Counted from the first letter of the stretch, positions 21,200-32,734 are shown. The stretch is DNA of 64,000 bases from Patescibacteria group bacterium (GCA_019428855.1 JAHYJV010000002.1:1917-65916); one strand, 5' to 3'. Program-made: numbers and translations. Notes: a model not told the origin generated them from the sequence alone.

Positions 21200-21239
21200 A
21201 AACAAGAAAATCCCTCAAGGATGAGAGATTTTCTTGTTT
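21200..21239 (-). terminator. hairpin downstream of tRNA-Ala (candidate terminator)
   Basis: aaacaagaaaatc (21200-21212) pairs with gattttcttgttt (21227-21239). The T-rich segment is inside the stem, so strength is uncertain. Confidence 0.35.
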
Positions 21240-21367
21240 CCATCGGCTCGAACCGTAGAATTTTGGCGGGAATTATTTCGGCGGAATTCAAAACCCCCTG
21301 GAATTTCTTGGAGAAAACCAATGCCGAGGGGCGAAGCCCCGAGGCAACTTCTTTAACAAATTCGGAC

Positions 21368-21444
21368 TGGTGGACCCAACAGGATTCGAACCTGCGACCC
21401 CCTGCTTGCAAAGCAGGTGCTCTAGCCAACTGAGCTATGGGCCC
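21368..21444 (-). tRNA. tRNA-Ala (UGC), CCA encoded
   Basis: Reverse complement GGGCCCATAGCTCAGTTGGCTAGAGCACCTGCTTTGCAAGCAGGGGGTCGCAGGTTCGAATCCTGTTGGGTCCACCA. Cloverleaf fits, with anticodon loop TTTGCAA. Confidence 0.95.
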
Positions 21445-21555
21445 ATAATTTTTTTCGTTTTATATAATAATATTTGAACATCTTATACTGCTTGATTATT
21501 ATATCAAAATCAACTGTATTCGACTATATCTTAAATATATAAAAGCTAAAACGAG

Positions 21556-21629
21556 TGGGCGTACCTGGACTCGAACCAGGGACCTTTACATTATCAGTGT
21601 AACGCTCTAACCAGCTGAGCTATACGCCC
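21556..21629 (-). tRNA. tRNA-Ile (GAU)
   Basis: Reverse complement GGGCGTATAGCTCAGCTGGTTAGAGCGTTACACTGATAATGTAAAGGTCCCTGGTTCGAGTCCAGGTACGCCCA. Anticodon loop CTGATAA. No encoded CCA. Confidence 0.95.
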
Positions 21630-21954
21630 GGATGCTAATTTCTAATTTTAAATCAATTTCTAATAACTGAATTTTTTATATTAAAAATTAAGACATTAGT
21701 TAAAAATAATGAAATTCACTTCTCTATTATAACAAAAATCGCATCTTATGCAATACTATTGTATAGATGCGATTTTTGTTTTCACTTTTATTACAAACTT
21801 TGTGCAATTGTCCTGAAGGCAATTTTGTTCCTATCTACTCGAAAATAGATAAGCCTGTATTACCAACAGCCAAACATGTAGATGATATTAAAATCATTCT
21901 ACAGACGATCTCGGTGAGTGTATTTCTTTAGACTAAAGAAATAACTTTCTCCCT

Positions 21955-23421
<1,467 letters not shown>

Positions 23422-23636
23422 AATGATAATCTATTCATTGAAGAATAATTTATCTCAAAATATAATAAAGCATAATCAATGGACATAAAAATGTCAATGT
23501 AATTATGCATAAAAGTTTTATCTTGGAATTGTCTATAACCGGATAAGTTTATAGACTCGCAGGACAACTGCACAAAGTTTATATAATTGTGTGTGATTTA
23601 TATTTAATTGTTAATGAACAATTTAATTACTAAGTC

Positions 23637-23664
23637 ATAATAGCACAAACAAAACACGTGTCAA
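23637..23664 (-). promoter_or_regulatory. candidate 16S promoter P2 (TTGACA-16-TATTAT)
   Basis: Reverse complement of tgtcaa (23659-23664) and ataata (23637-23642). The -10 context GTGCTATTAT parallels the 23S promoter GTGCTATTCT. Confidence 0.5.
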
Positions 23665-23740
23665 GCCTTTTGAAAACTTAACAAAATACTTCTGATTTCT
23701 GTATTTAATTTTTGTGATTTTTATTAATAACCTTATTTAT

Positions 23741-23769
23741 ATACTATAGCAATAAATGATTTGTGTCAA
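23741..23769 (-). promoter_or_regulatory. candidate 16S promoter P1 (TTGACA-17-TAGTAT) with upstream conserved module
   Basis: Reverse complement of tgtcaa (23764-23769) and atacta (23741-23746), with an exact 17-nt spacer. Confidence 0.5.
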
Positions 23770-23777
23770 ATTAGGTG

Positions 23778-23829
23778 GGCTCTACACTAATAACTGCGGT
23801 GAAGAACTAAAAAAAATTATTGGATTATA
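23778..23829 (-). repeat. promoter-proximal conserved module, copy B (most diverged)
   Basis: ggctctacactaataactgcggtgaagaactaaaaaaaattattggattata. The first 24 nt are nearly identical to the other copies. Starts 8 nt from the -35 hexamer. Confidence 0.8.
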
Positions 23830-24008
23830 CTGATAAATAATTTAATTAGATATTATGAATTCTAACATTTGCTTATTTAAACAATTCTTCCGCTCCATTT
23901 CAAAGCGGGCGGAATAATAATTCAAAAATTGTAATTTATAGATTTCATTCAAAACAACAGCTAAAAGATTCTGAAACAAATTTGTAGTGACATCTTTAAT
24001 TTTCAATT

Positions 24009-24584
24009 TTACTTCACAATCTTATCGACGATTCCATATTTCTTAGCTTCTTCAGCATTCATATAATAATCACGGTCAGAATCTTTTTCGATTTTATCGA
24101 GAGATTGACCAGTATTTTTTACTAATATTCTATTTAGCTTTTCCTTGATTTTCAAAATATGACGAGCTGAAATTTCAATGTCACTTGCTTGTCCTTCGGT
24201 GCCACCCATTACTTGATGAATCATGATTTCTGAATTTGGCAGAGTTAATCTCTTTCCTTTTGTTCCAGAAGAAAGAAGAAGCGACGCAGCCGAGGCGGCC
24301 ATACCAATACAAACTGTGGAAACATCACACTTTACATAATTCATCGTGTCATAAATCGCGAGTGCTGATGTTACAACTCCACCCGGGGAATTAATATAAA
24401 TCATCACATCCGCTTTTTCATCTTGTTTTTCCAAAAACAAAAGCTGTGCAATCACCGTATTGGCTACGGCATCATTAATTGGACCACCAAGAAAGATAAT
24501 CCGATCTTTTAAAAGTCTTGAATAAATATCATAGGCTCTTTCGCCATCTGATGATTTTTCAATTACGGTTGGTATCAGGTTCAT
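24009..24584 (-). CDS. clpP: ATP-dependent Clp protease proteolytic subunit
   Basis: 191 aa. 'RIIFLGGPI', 'INSPGG', catalytic '[11 protein letters not shown]', 'IMIHQ' and 'DRDYYM'. Confidence 0.95.
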   Translation of the reverse strand: MNLIPTVIEKSSDGERAYDIYSRLLKDRIIFLGGPINDAVANTVIAQLLFLEKQDEKADVMIYINSPGGVVTSALAIYDTMNYVKCDVSTVCIGMAASAASLLLSSGTKGKRLTLPNSEIMIHQVMGGTEGQASDIEISARHILKIKEKLNRILVKNTGQSLDKIEKDSDRDYYMNAEEAKKYGIVDKIVK

Positions 24585-24719
24585 ATGTTTTAAATTATGA
24601 AATTATAAATATGACATATAAGTTAGCTTCATTTAATATTATACTCCTATTTTAACATAGTTTCTGATGGTTTAGAGCCTATTTCGTTCTAACTTTATAT
24701 TTTTTAAAGCATTAAACAG

Positions 24720-26015
24720 TTATAATAATTTTTCGTTCTTTTCTGCAATTTTAACCAAAACATCGAAAACTTTTTCGTTTATAATAATACTGGTAACATG
24801 GTTCTTGAATTTTTCAATATCAATTGTTTTACGAACTTCATCTTCGTTCGGATAATGCTTCAAAGTGTCATTAACTCTTTGCTCAATTTCCTCATCGCTG
24901 ATTTTAATTTCCTCCTTTAATGAAATTTCTCTCATACAAAGTCCAGTCTTCACTCTTTTTTCAGCAAGCTCTTTCCACTCATTACGCAATTTTTCTTCGT
25001 TCGTATTTACACTTTGCAGATAATCTTCAAACTTAACTCCTGTCTGAGAAACATTGTTTCGAAATTCATTCAACATATTTTCTATTTCTGAGCTCACAAG
25101 AATTTCAGGAATTTCCACTTCTGACTTTTCGCAAACTTGTTCAATCAATTTTGCTTTCAATTTTTCACTGGCCTTATTCTCTTCTTCAGCAGTTAATCCC
25201 TCTCGGACACTCTTTTTTACCTGATCGATATTTTCAAACTTACCAAGACTTTTGGCGAAATCATCATCCAATTTAGGCAGTTCCACTTTTTGAACAATTT
25301 TTATCTCAACCTTAAAATCAGCACTTTTCCCGGCTAATTCTTTTTTACTATATTCTTCTGGAAATTTCAAACTAAATTCTTTAATTTCATCTTTTTTCAT
25401 TCCAATGAGCTTATCTTCAAACCCTGGAATAAATTGTCCCTGACCTATGACTAGTGGATGATTTTTACTTTCTCCACCCTCAATCTTCACACCCGCAACT
25501 CTAGTTTCAAAATCAATTTCAACTCGATCACCTTTTTTCGCTTCCTCTTCTTTTGTTAAAAAAATTGCTCTCTTTTTTTGAATGGTTTCTAATTCCAAAT
25601 CAATCCTTTTTTCATCAATAGACACTTTTTCAGCTTTTCCTTTTATTTTTGAATAATCTCCCAATTTAACCTGGGGCATTATATTTAGCAAAATCTTAAA
25701 TTCTAGTGGATTTCCAACTGCCGATTTTGTAAAATCTACCTGCGGTTGCCCGATTGGACCAAGCTTGTTCTCCTTGATTATATCAAAATATGATTTTTCG
25801 ACTGCACTATGGATTGCCTCTTCAAAAATTGCTTCTTGACCAATTTGTTTTTCTGCAACATCTGCTGGCACTTTGCCAGCACGAAATCCGTCCACTTTTA
25901 CATTTTTGGACATTTTATCCAAAGCTTTCTTCATATAAACTTTCATCTCTTCAACCGAGATAATAACATTAATTTCTTTTTGTGATTTAGGTAAATCCTT
26001 AATTTCAATCTGCAT
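24720..26015 (-). CDS. tig: trigger factor
   Basis: 431 aa. N-terminal ribosome-binding 'GFRAGKVP', a central FKBP-like 'GQGQFIPGFEDKLIGMK', and a helical C-terminal arm. Lies directly upstream of clpP. Confidence 0.9.
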   Translation of the reverse strand: MQIEIKDLPKSQKEINVIISVEEMKVYMKKALDKMSKNVKVDGFRAGKVPADVAEKQIGQEAIFEEAIHSAVEKSYFDIIKENKLGPIGQPQVDFTKSAVGNPLEFKILLNIMPQVKLGDYSKIKGKAEKVSIDEKRIDLELETIQKKRAIFLTKEEEAKKGDRVEIDFETRVAGVKIEGGESKNHPLVIGQGQFIPGFEDKLIGMKKDEIKEFSLKFPEEYSKKELAGKSADFKVEIKIVQKVELPKLDDDFAKSLGKFENIDQVKKSVREGLTAEEENKASEKLKAKLIEQVCEKSEVEIPEILVSSEIENMLNEFRNNVSQTGVKFEDYLQSVNTNEEKLRNEWKELAEKRVKTGLCMREISLKEEIKISDEEIEQRVNDTLKHYPNEDEVRKTIDIEKFKNHVTSIIINEKVFDVLVKIAEKNEKLL

Positions 26016-26071
26016 TATTTTTATTGTTAATTTTAAATTTATAAATTTCCCCTTTTACTTTTTAAGTTCCT

Positions 26072-27007
26072 TTATTCTCTACTTAACTTGTCCATCAATG
26101 GTGGGACTAATTGTTTTTTTCTCGAAACTACTCCTCTGAGGAATATTAAACCTTCTTTTTTATTTCCTGAAAAAACACTTTTTGCCAATTCTGCTTCTTC
26201 TTGTCCAACAATATATAAATCAGAATTATTTTTGATAATATCTACGACAGCAAAAAAAAGATAATCCATTTTTTCCTCACTTTTTTTCTCCAGCAAAGCT
26301 TGAATAATTTTATCCTTTTGAACATTAACCGTCTCAGGAGATGTTGTTTCCCAAACCCCAATTCCAACTTTAATCCTCCCCATATCAAATTGCTTATAGT
26401 CCTTACTGATTATATCATCAACTGAAATTCCTTTCAAATTTGATTTCGCAGTAAAGATTTCATTGACAAAATTTTTCACATCCAATTTTACAATTTTGTT
26501 CAACTCACGAAATATCTTTTTGTCATCTGCAGTTGTTGTCGGAGAATTAAAATTCAAAGTATCCGAAATAATACAGGTAATTATTAATGTGGCGGAAATC
26601 TTATCAACCTTGATGTTCCTTTCCTGCAAAATCTTATATATTACAGAGCCAGTGCATCCAAGGGCTTCCACGCGCGCAAAAATTGGCTTTGATGATTTAA
26701 GTCCACCAAAATTATGATGATCAATTATTGCCAACAAATTATTCTCCATCAGTCCATCAATAATTTGCTTGGGCTCCGTCGTATCAACAAGAATAACGGC
26801 TTCTTTTTTGATGATTTTCAAAATTCTTGGTTTTTTCAACTTCAACTTTTCGAGAATATAATTTGTTTCATTATTTATCTTACCCGCCACAACAGCATCA
26901 ATTTCAAAACCAAATATTTTTTTTGCAAATCGCGAGATTAGAATAGCGGATAATACAGAATCAGTGTCAGGATTTTTATGTCCAATCGCAATAATTTTAT
27001 AGTTCAT
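26072..27007 (-). CDS. ppaC: family II (DHH) manganese-dependent inorganic pyrophosphatase
   Basis: 311 aa. 'GHKNPDTDSV', 'VDTTE', 'IIDHHN', 'SDTLNFNSPTTT' and C-terminal 'GVVSRKKQLVPPL' match PpaC end to end. Confidence 0.85.
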   Translation of the reverse strand: MNYKIIAIGHKNPDTDSVLSAILISRFAKKIFGFEIDAVVAGKINNETNYILEKLKLKKPRILKIIKKEAVILVDTTEPKQIIDGLMENNLLAIIDHHNFGGLKSSKPIFARVEALGCTGSVIYKILQERNIKVDKISATLIITCIISDTLNFNSPTTTADDKKIFRELNKIVKLDVKNFVNEIFTAKSNLKGISVDDIISKDYKQFDMGRIKVGIGVWETTSPETVNVQKDKIIQALLEKKSEEKMDYLFFAVVDIIKNNSDLYIVGQEEAELAKSVFSGNKKEGLIFLRGVVSRKKQLVPPLMDKLSRE

Positions 27008-27088
27008 TTTTTAATAAGGTTAAGTGTTATTTTTTTTATTTTAGCAATAATAATATTTACTAATGTTTATTTTTTCTCAGATTTTTTA

Positions 27089-28342
27089 CTATTTTTTTAT
27101 AGCTTTCTTTCCTTTGGTATCATCTTGAGATTTATCATCAGCACTTTCCTTTGACAATGTTTCTTTATTCTTTTTTTCCTGAATAATGTCAGCTTTTAAT
27201 TCTTCGTCTTGAGATTTATCGTCTGCCGCGTCATCGGCAATTTTCTTTTTTGCTTCTTCTTTGATATCAATCTTCCAATTAGTTAATTTTGCTGCCAATC
27301 GAACATTTTGACCTTGCTTCCCAATTGCAAGTGAAAGTTGGTCTTCTTCAACATGAGCAACTGCAGAGCTGTTCTTCTTATCTATCGTCAGGTGTGAAAT
27401 TTTTGCTGGAGACAAGGCATGCTGGATATATTTGTCAATGTCTTTATTCCATTCAACAATATCTATCTTTTCCCCACCAAGCTCATTAATTATTGTTTGA
27501 ATTCTTGAACCACGCTGTCCAACACATGATCCAACAGGATCAATTCCCTCTTCATTTGAATACACGGCAACTTTTGTTCTTGAACCAGCCTCTCTGGCAA
27601 TTGCTTTAATTTCCACAGTATTTGAAAATATTTCTGGTACTTCAAGTTCAAATAACTTTTTTATAATTTCTGAATTTGTTCGAGACAGAATCAAACTAGC
27701 TTCCTTAGTTTCTTTATCTAATTTAAGAATATATACTTTTATTCTTTGACCAACTTGATATCTTTCGCTAGTAATTTGCTCAGCTGGATATAATATACCG
27801 ACAGCCTTTCCAATATCAATAAAGATATTACGACCTTCTATTCTTTGCACCGTACCGCTCACAACTTCCCCAACTTTATCCTTAAATTCGTCAAATATTG
27901 CTTCTTTTTCAGCCTCTCTTATTTTCTGAATCATGACTTGTTTTGCAGTTTGAGCAGCAATCCGTCCAAAATCAGTTTTTGAGGGAAGTTCAATTTCAAT
28001 TTCATCATCAATTTCAGGCTCTTTTTTAAATTCTTTCGCTTCGGAAATTGTAATATTTTTGTCTAGATTAAACTTCTTTTTAATTTCGCCATCTTCTTCT
28101 GTTATATTGTTTTCCTCATCATTAACAAGATCATTTTCTTCCGCCACAACCTTAATTTGATATACTTTAATATCGCCGGTCACTTCATCCAATTTTACTT
28201 TGATGATTTGCCCCTTTTTACCATATTCTTTTTTATAAGCTGCAGCTAAAGATGCTTCTACAATCTCAATTGCTGCCTCCTTAGAGATTCCCTTTTCTTC
28301 ACAAATTTGATTCATTGCTGATATAAATTGTTTTTGTTCCAT
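27089..28342 (-). CDS. nusA: transcription termination/antitermination factor NusA
   Basis: N-terminal 'FISAMNQICEEKGISKE', S1 domain 'GEVVSGTVQRIEGRNIFIDIG', KH domains 'REAGSRTKVAV...DPVGSCVGQRGSRIQ' and 'LAIGKQGQNVRLA', and an acidic/lysine-rich tail. Start placed at ATG 28342 (MEQKQF); the track ORF is 27 codons longer. Confidence 0.92.
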   Translation of the reverse strand: MEQKQFISAMNQICEEKGISKEAAIEIVEASLAAAYKKEYGKKGQIIKVKLDEVTGDIKVYQIKVVAEENDLVNDEENNITEEDGEIKKKFNLDKNITISEAKEFKKEPEIDDEIEIELPSKTDFGRIAAQTAKQVMIQKIREAEKEAIFDEFKDKVGEVVSGTVQRIEGRNIFIDIGKAVGILYPAEQITSERYQVGQRIKVYILKLDKETKEASLILSRTNSEIIKKLFELEVPEIFSNTVEIKAIAREAGSRTKVAVYSNEEGIDPVGSCVGQRGSRIQTIINELGGEKIDIVEWNKDIDKYIQHALSPAKISHLTIDKKNSSAVAHVEEDQLSLAIGKQGQNVRLAAKLTNWKIDIKEEAKKKIADDAADDKSQDEELKADIIQEKKNKETLSKESADDKSQDDTKGKKAIKK

Positions 28343-28427
28343 TTTTTTTATTAATTTAATTAAAGTAATGTTCAAAAAAACCTGTCCATTTCTGTGGCAG
28401 GCAATCGTAACTTCCAAATACAATTTA

Positions 28428-28455
28428 ATTGTAGCATATTATAAATTTATGTCAA
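28428..28455 (-). promoter_or_regulatory. candidate nusA promoter (TTGACA-16-TACAAT)
   Basis: Reverse complement of tgtcaa (28450-28455) and attgta (28428-28433). It lacks the conserved upstream module. Confidence 0.45.
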
Positions 28456-28839
28456 TAATAGAAATTATCACACCCCTCTGTGCTAGAACCTCAATACTAG
28501 AATTCAGAATTCAAGTTGCCAAACAACACTTTGGGTGTATAATTTGGTAAAAATTAACCTAAAGAATATCTCAAATAAAAATATCAATCCAAGGAGCGAT
28601 TTAAGCTATTACGAGCGACAAATAATTGAAACCCGATTAAGAAGAAACAGGAGCAGAAAAAAGTGATAATCAGCCGAGAAAAAAAATATGTTATTCCAAT
28701 CCGAATGAAAAATTTAATTCTTTTTTGCAAAATCAACAAAGCGTTGCACTAAATTCTTGAATTTATCGTTGCTTTAGAATAAAACAAAGGAAACATTTCA
28801 GCAGTGCTTCTTTTATTAAATTAAATATTTTAATCAATT

Positions 28840-30294
28840 TTATAACCCACCTAAATCTAAAACTTCATCAATACGGATTTGTTCAATAAATTCCTCCATG
28901 TGACTGACAATAATCATTGTTCCTTCATATTTACTGAGAGCTTTGGCAATCACAGGAATATGACGAAAATTAATGTGATTGGTCGGCTCATCAAGAATCA
29001 AAAGCCCAGGTTTCATCAATACTAAGCGAGCAAAACTCAATAATCCTTTTTGTCCTTCTGATAAATCAGAAACCTTGTGTCCCATTAATTCACCGGTAAT
29101 CAAAAAACCAGCCGCAATCGATCTCATTTGCTGAATATCATTTTCGCCAATCATCGCCTCAGACAAAGAATCTATCACAGTTTGATCATAATCTAAGGAT
29201 GAAAAATCCTGACTATAGTACCCCACACGAACTCCTTCTAAAATTTTGTGCTCCGGTGAATTGCCAGAAATCAAACTCTTCAAAAAAGTACTTTTTCCGA
29301 CACCGTTTGGACCACTAACCAAAACATGCGTATCTTTTCTGAGTGTCAATTCTCTTTCCTTTGTCACTTTTTCACCATTTATCAAAGCTTTCACAGAGCT
29401 AATCTCCACAATTTTTCCCACAATATCTTGAGTCGGAATCGTGAAATCTCTAATTGTCTTATCTTCTTTCCTAACATCAATTTTATTTTCTTCATCTTCT
29501 TCTAGTTCTTCTTTCATTTTCTTGGCCAGTTTTCTCATCTTTCCACCTTTGTGTGCAAAGAAATTCACTTTCTCTTTTCGATCTTGAATGTTTCGTTCCA
29601 ATTGTGCATTTTTTTTCTTCTCTCTTTCAATTCGATTTTCAATTTCAGACATTACCGAATAATAATCTCCTACATATTGCTCCGTCTTGTGTGTGAAAAC
29701 ATCAAGATAGATAACTCCATCCGTAAAACAATTCAAAAAATCAGCATCATGTGAAATAACAATTACCGTTTTTTCATACATCATGATAAAATTTATCAAA
29801 TGGGTAATCCCATCTTCGTCAAGATTATTTGTCGGCTCATCTAGCAAAAGAATACTAGGTTTTTGAATCAATGCAAAAGCAAGAAGCAATCGTGCTTGCT
29901 GGCCACCCGAAAGGTCTTCTACAATTTTTTCAATTGGCACATTCAAATTTACTGCATCGAGAACTTTTTTCATTTCACCGGGAGCATTATGAGGTACTTC
30001 ATCATAAGATCTTTCAAAATATTTTTGAACTGAAAGTTTCAAATCATCCTTTTCAATTACCTGTTTAGCAATTCCAATTGTAACATCCCCTGTGATAGAA
30101 ATTTGCCCTTTTTGTGGCTTCAGCTTTCCAGTAAGCAATTCAAACATCGTACTTTTCCCCGCACCATTTTGCCCCATTAAAGTTATTTTTGACCCATCGC
30201 GCACTGCAAAACTAGCCTCATTGTAGATAGGTTTTTTGTGTAAATATTCAAATGAGACTTCATCAAATCTTAAAATAACATCACCTTTAGACAT
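28840..30294 (-). CDS. ABC-F family ATPase (two ABC domains, no TM domain)
   Basis: 484 aa. Two Walker A motifs ('GQNGAGKST', 'GPNGVGKST'), two signature motifs ('LSGGQQ', 'LSEGQK') and two Walker B motifs ('LLLDEPTN', 'LILDEPTN'), with a charged inter-domain linker. Confidence 0.9.
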   Translation of the reverse strand: MSKGDVILRFDEVSFEYLHKKPIYNEASFAVRDGSKITLMGQNGAGKSTMFELLTGKLKPQKGQISITGDVTIGIAKQVIEKDDLKLSVQKYFERSYDEVPHNAPGEMKKVLDAVNLNVPIEKIVEDLSGGQQARLLLAFALIQKPSILLLDEPTNNLDEDGITHLINFIMMYEKTVIVISHDADFLNCFTDGVIYLDVFTHKTEQYVGDYYSVMSEIENRIEREKKKNAQLERNIQDRKEKVNFFAHKGGKMRKLAKKMKEELEEDEENKIDVRKEDKTIRDFTIPTQDIVGKIVEISSVKALINGEKVTKERELTLRKDTHVLVSGPNGVGKSTFLKSLISGNSPEHKILEGVRVGYYSQDFSSLDYDQTVIDSLSEAMIGENDIQQMRSIAAGFLITGELMGHKVSDLSEGQKGLLSFARLVLMKPGLLILDEPTNHINFRHIPVIAKALSKYEGTMIIVSHMEEFIEQIRIDEVLDLGGL

Positions 30295-30411
30295 AATTAT
30301 TATATTTATCGATTACCAAAACATAGTATCAGAAATTAAGCAAAATGTAAAGAATTGGAACGATTATACTTCTTGCCATAAAAAAATCTTATCGCTTTGA
30401 TAAAATTTTTT

Positions 30412-30939
30412 CTATTGAATACTTAGTAACTCAATCTCAAAGATTAAAGTAGCATTTGGTGGGATAACTCCCCCTGCTCCGTTTGCACCATAACCTAATT
30501 CTGCTGGAATTGTCAGTTTTCTTTTTTCTCCCACTTTCATATCAAGCGTTCCTAGTTCCCAGCCCTGGATAACATGACCTGTGCCAATCGTGAAAGAAAA
30601 TGGCTCATTTCGATCAACGCTTGAATCAAACTTTGTTCCATCTACTAATGTTCCTGTGTAATGAACATTAATTGTATCACCCTTTTTGGTCACAACTTTA
30701 CCAGTTCCCTCTTGTAAAACTTCGATTGTTAATTCCATAGTTTCTTCATTTAATTGATTGTCTTCCAAAGTTACTTCAATTTCATTCATCTTATCTATCT
30801 GACCCTCTTGTATTATATTATCATATTCGACAAAAGCAGGTTCAAAAGATTCGCCTTTTTTGTTTCCTCTACCCAAAAGCAAAGCTCCAACTACCAATGT
30901 CATAATAACCACTACAAAAGTAAGTTTTTTGTATTCCAT
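30412..30939 (-). CDS. FKBP-type peptidyl-prolyl cis-trans isomerase, membrane-anchored
   Basis: TM helix followed by the FKBP core '[21 protein letters not shown]', 'VIQGW' and '[14 protein letters not shown]'. Start placed at ATG 30939 (MEYKKL). Confidence 0.88.
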   Translation of the reverse strand: MEYKKLTFVVVIMTLVVGALLLGRGNKKGESFEPAFVEYDNIIQEGQIDKMNEIEVTLEDNQLNEETMELTIEVLQEGTGKVVTKKGDTINVHYTGTLVDGTKFDSSVDRNEPFSFTIGTGHVIQGWELGTLDMKVGEKRKLTIPAELGYGANGAGGVIPPNATLIFEIELLSIQ

Positions 30940-31163
30940 ATTATCTCTTATTAATTGATTATTTTTAATTTTTATTTTAGCAAATATTTTTATGTTTATC
31001 AAGGTACCTTTATTGTTTCCATTTTACAGTGAAGCTTTTTGCGATTTTGACATTTTTTAGAAGAACTATTCTTTTGAAAATAAACGTCTTTTTCTATTGA
31101 CATATATATAAATGAGTTATTTTATATACGATTTCCACTAAAAAGAGTAGGAGGTAAAAGAAG

Positions 31164-31333
31164 GTGATAAAATTAAAACAACAAAAGACAAAAAAAGAAG
31201 ATGGACATCAATATTGTTAGTGGTGATAGGAGCCTTGCTCTTAACTATTCAAACATCAATCGGTAATACAATGAGTTATTCATATTGTCAGGCCTATATG
31301 GTCTGTGAAACTCATCAGGAACATGGAGCATAA
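31164..31333 (+). other. small SD-led ORF interrupted at an A7 run (frameshifted or slippery small secreted-peptide gene)
   Basis: AGGAGG (31149-31154) lies 9 nt upstream of GTG 31164. Frame 0 stops after 18 codons (TAG 31218-31220). The -1 frame entered at A AAA AAA (31190-31196) stays open to TAA 31331-31333 and would give MIKLKQQKTKKKRRWTSILLVVIGALLLTIQTSIGNTMSYSYCQAYMVCETHQEHGA. Confidence 0.3.
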
Positions 31334-31395
31334 AATCGAGGTTATGCGATCAAAGAATCGCAAAAAAAATCCAATCGATGGATAAAGGATAAAGC

Positions 31396-32700
31396 CTAGC
31401 CCTTATCCCCTTTTTTTATCTTCTTTCTCATCACACTCGAAATTTCCGGTATCTTAGTAATTTCAAGATAAACCATTCGATTTTGTCCGCCATGAGCGGA
31501 TTTTAATTTTTCTAGGTTTTTATCATCAAAAATATTTTTGATTTTACAAAAAATATTATCACCAATTGGCTGAATAAATTCAACTTTGTCACCACATAAA
31601 AGAGAGTTGTGAACTCTTATTTTTATTAATTTTTTCTCTTTGAAATATTCCATAACTTCTCCCACAAACATATATTCCTCTTCTGTGTGTGAAAACTTTG
31701 TCTCTTGTCCTTTTTCTCGACATTTACCAAAAAGAAAACCCGTTGTATATGTCCTGTTTACCAGCTTATTTAAATCTCCTTTCAATTTTTTCAGCACACT
31801 CTTCTTCTTTTTATCCATAGTGTCTTTTGATGCTGTCGCATGCCAAGACACTATTGCTTTATTATCTGGTTTGATGTTAAGGGCGATGCGATAGGATTTT
31901 ACAACCTGAGAAAGATAATAAATGCTTTTTGCTCTACCTTCAATCTTAAACGATGTAATGCCGGCTTCTTTCAACTCATCAAGATGTTCAATTAAACATA
32001 AATCCTTTGAATTCAAAAGATATGAACCATGAGAATCTTGATCAACGGGTATATACTCATTATTCCTTTTTTTCTCCACTAGCTTATACTCCCACCGACA
32101 ATTTTGGGCACAATCTCCAAGATTTGAACTCCTTCCAATAACCCAAGAACTAAGCAAACATCTACCAGAATAGGCCATACACATCGCCCCATGTACAAAA
32201 TATTCCAATTCCAATTTTGGGACTTTCCGATGAATTTCTTGAATTTCCTCCAAAGTCAGTTCTCGTGCCAGTACGATTCTCTTCACTCCCTGCTCAAACC
32301 AAAATTTCGCCGTTTGCCAGTTAGTAGTATTAGCTTGTGTAGAAAGATGAATCGCAACATTTGGTAAAATCTTTTTTATCATCTGTATAACTCCCACATC
32401 AGAAGCAATAAACGCATCTGGTGGATTTTTTTTGAAAAACATTAAATGTTTTTGCAAAATATCAAAGTGATAGTTATGTGCAAAAATATTGGTCGTGATA
32501 TAAATTTTCTTATTTTTCTGATGTACATAATCAATCGCCTCAAGCATTTGAGTTTGATCAAATTTATTAATTCTCGCACGCAAAGACAAATCTGGAATAC
32601 CAGCATAAACAGCATCCGCTCCATATTTAATTGCACAGTCTAATTTTTCGAAACTTCCAGCAGGGGCGATTAGTTCATTTTGATTATTTTTTTTTGTCAT
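31396..32700 (-). CDS. U32-family peptidase / RlhA-TrhP-like protein
   Basis: 434 aa. 'ELIAPAGS', 'GADAVY', 'ELEYFVHGAMCMAYSGRCLLS' and 'SFKIEGR' are U32 signatures. Confidence 0.85.
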   Translation of the reverse strand: MTKKNNQNELIAPAGSFEKLDCAIKYGADAVYAGIPDLSLRARINKFDQTQMLEAIDYVHQKNKKIYITTNIFAHNYHFDILQKHLMFFKKNPPDAFIASDVGVIQMIKKILPNVAIHLSTQANTTNWQTAKFWFEQGVKRIVLARELTLEEIQEIHRKVPKLELEYFVHGAMCMAYSGRCLLSSWVIGRSSNLGDCAQNCRWEYKLVEKKRNNEYIPVDQDSHGSYLLNSKDLCLIEHLDELKEAGITSFKIEGRAKSIYYLSQVVKSYRIALNIKPDNKAIVSWHATASKDTMDKKKKSVLKKLKGDLNKLVNRTYTTGFLFGKCREKGQETKFSHTEEEYMFVGEVMEYFKEKKLIKIRVHNSLLCGDKVEFIQPIGDNIFCKIKNIFDDKNLEKLKSAHGGQNRMVYLEITKIPEISSVMRKKIKKGDKG

Positions 32701-32734
32701 AAAATATCTAAATAGAAATTTAAAATCTTATTAT

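Noticed and set aside
21196-21433. Track ORFs 21196..21429(-) and 21221..21433(+).
   Set aside because: They overlap tRNA-Ala and the GC-rich spacer next to it, and they overlap each other on opposite strands. 'QAGGRRFESC' is simply the translated tRNA T-arm.
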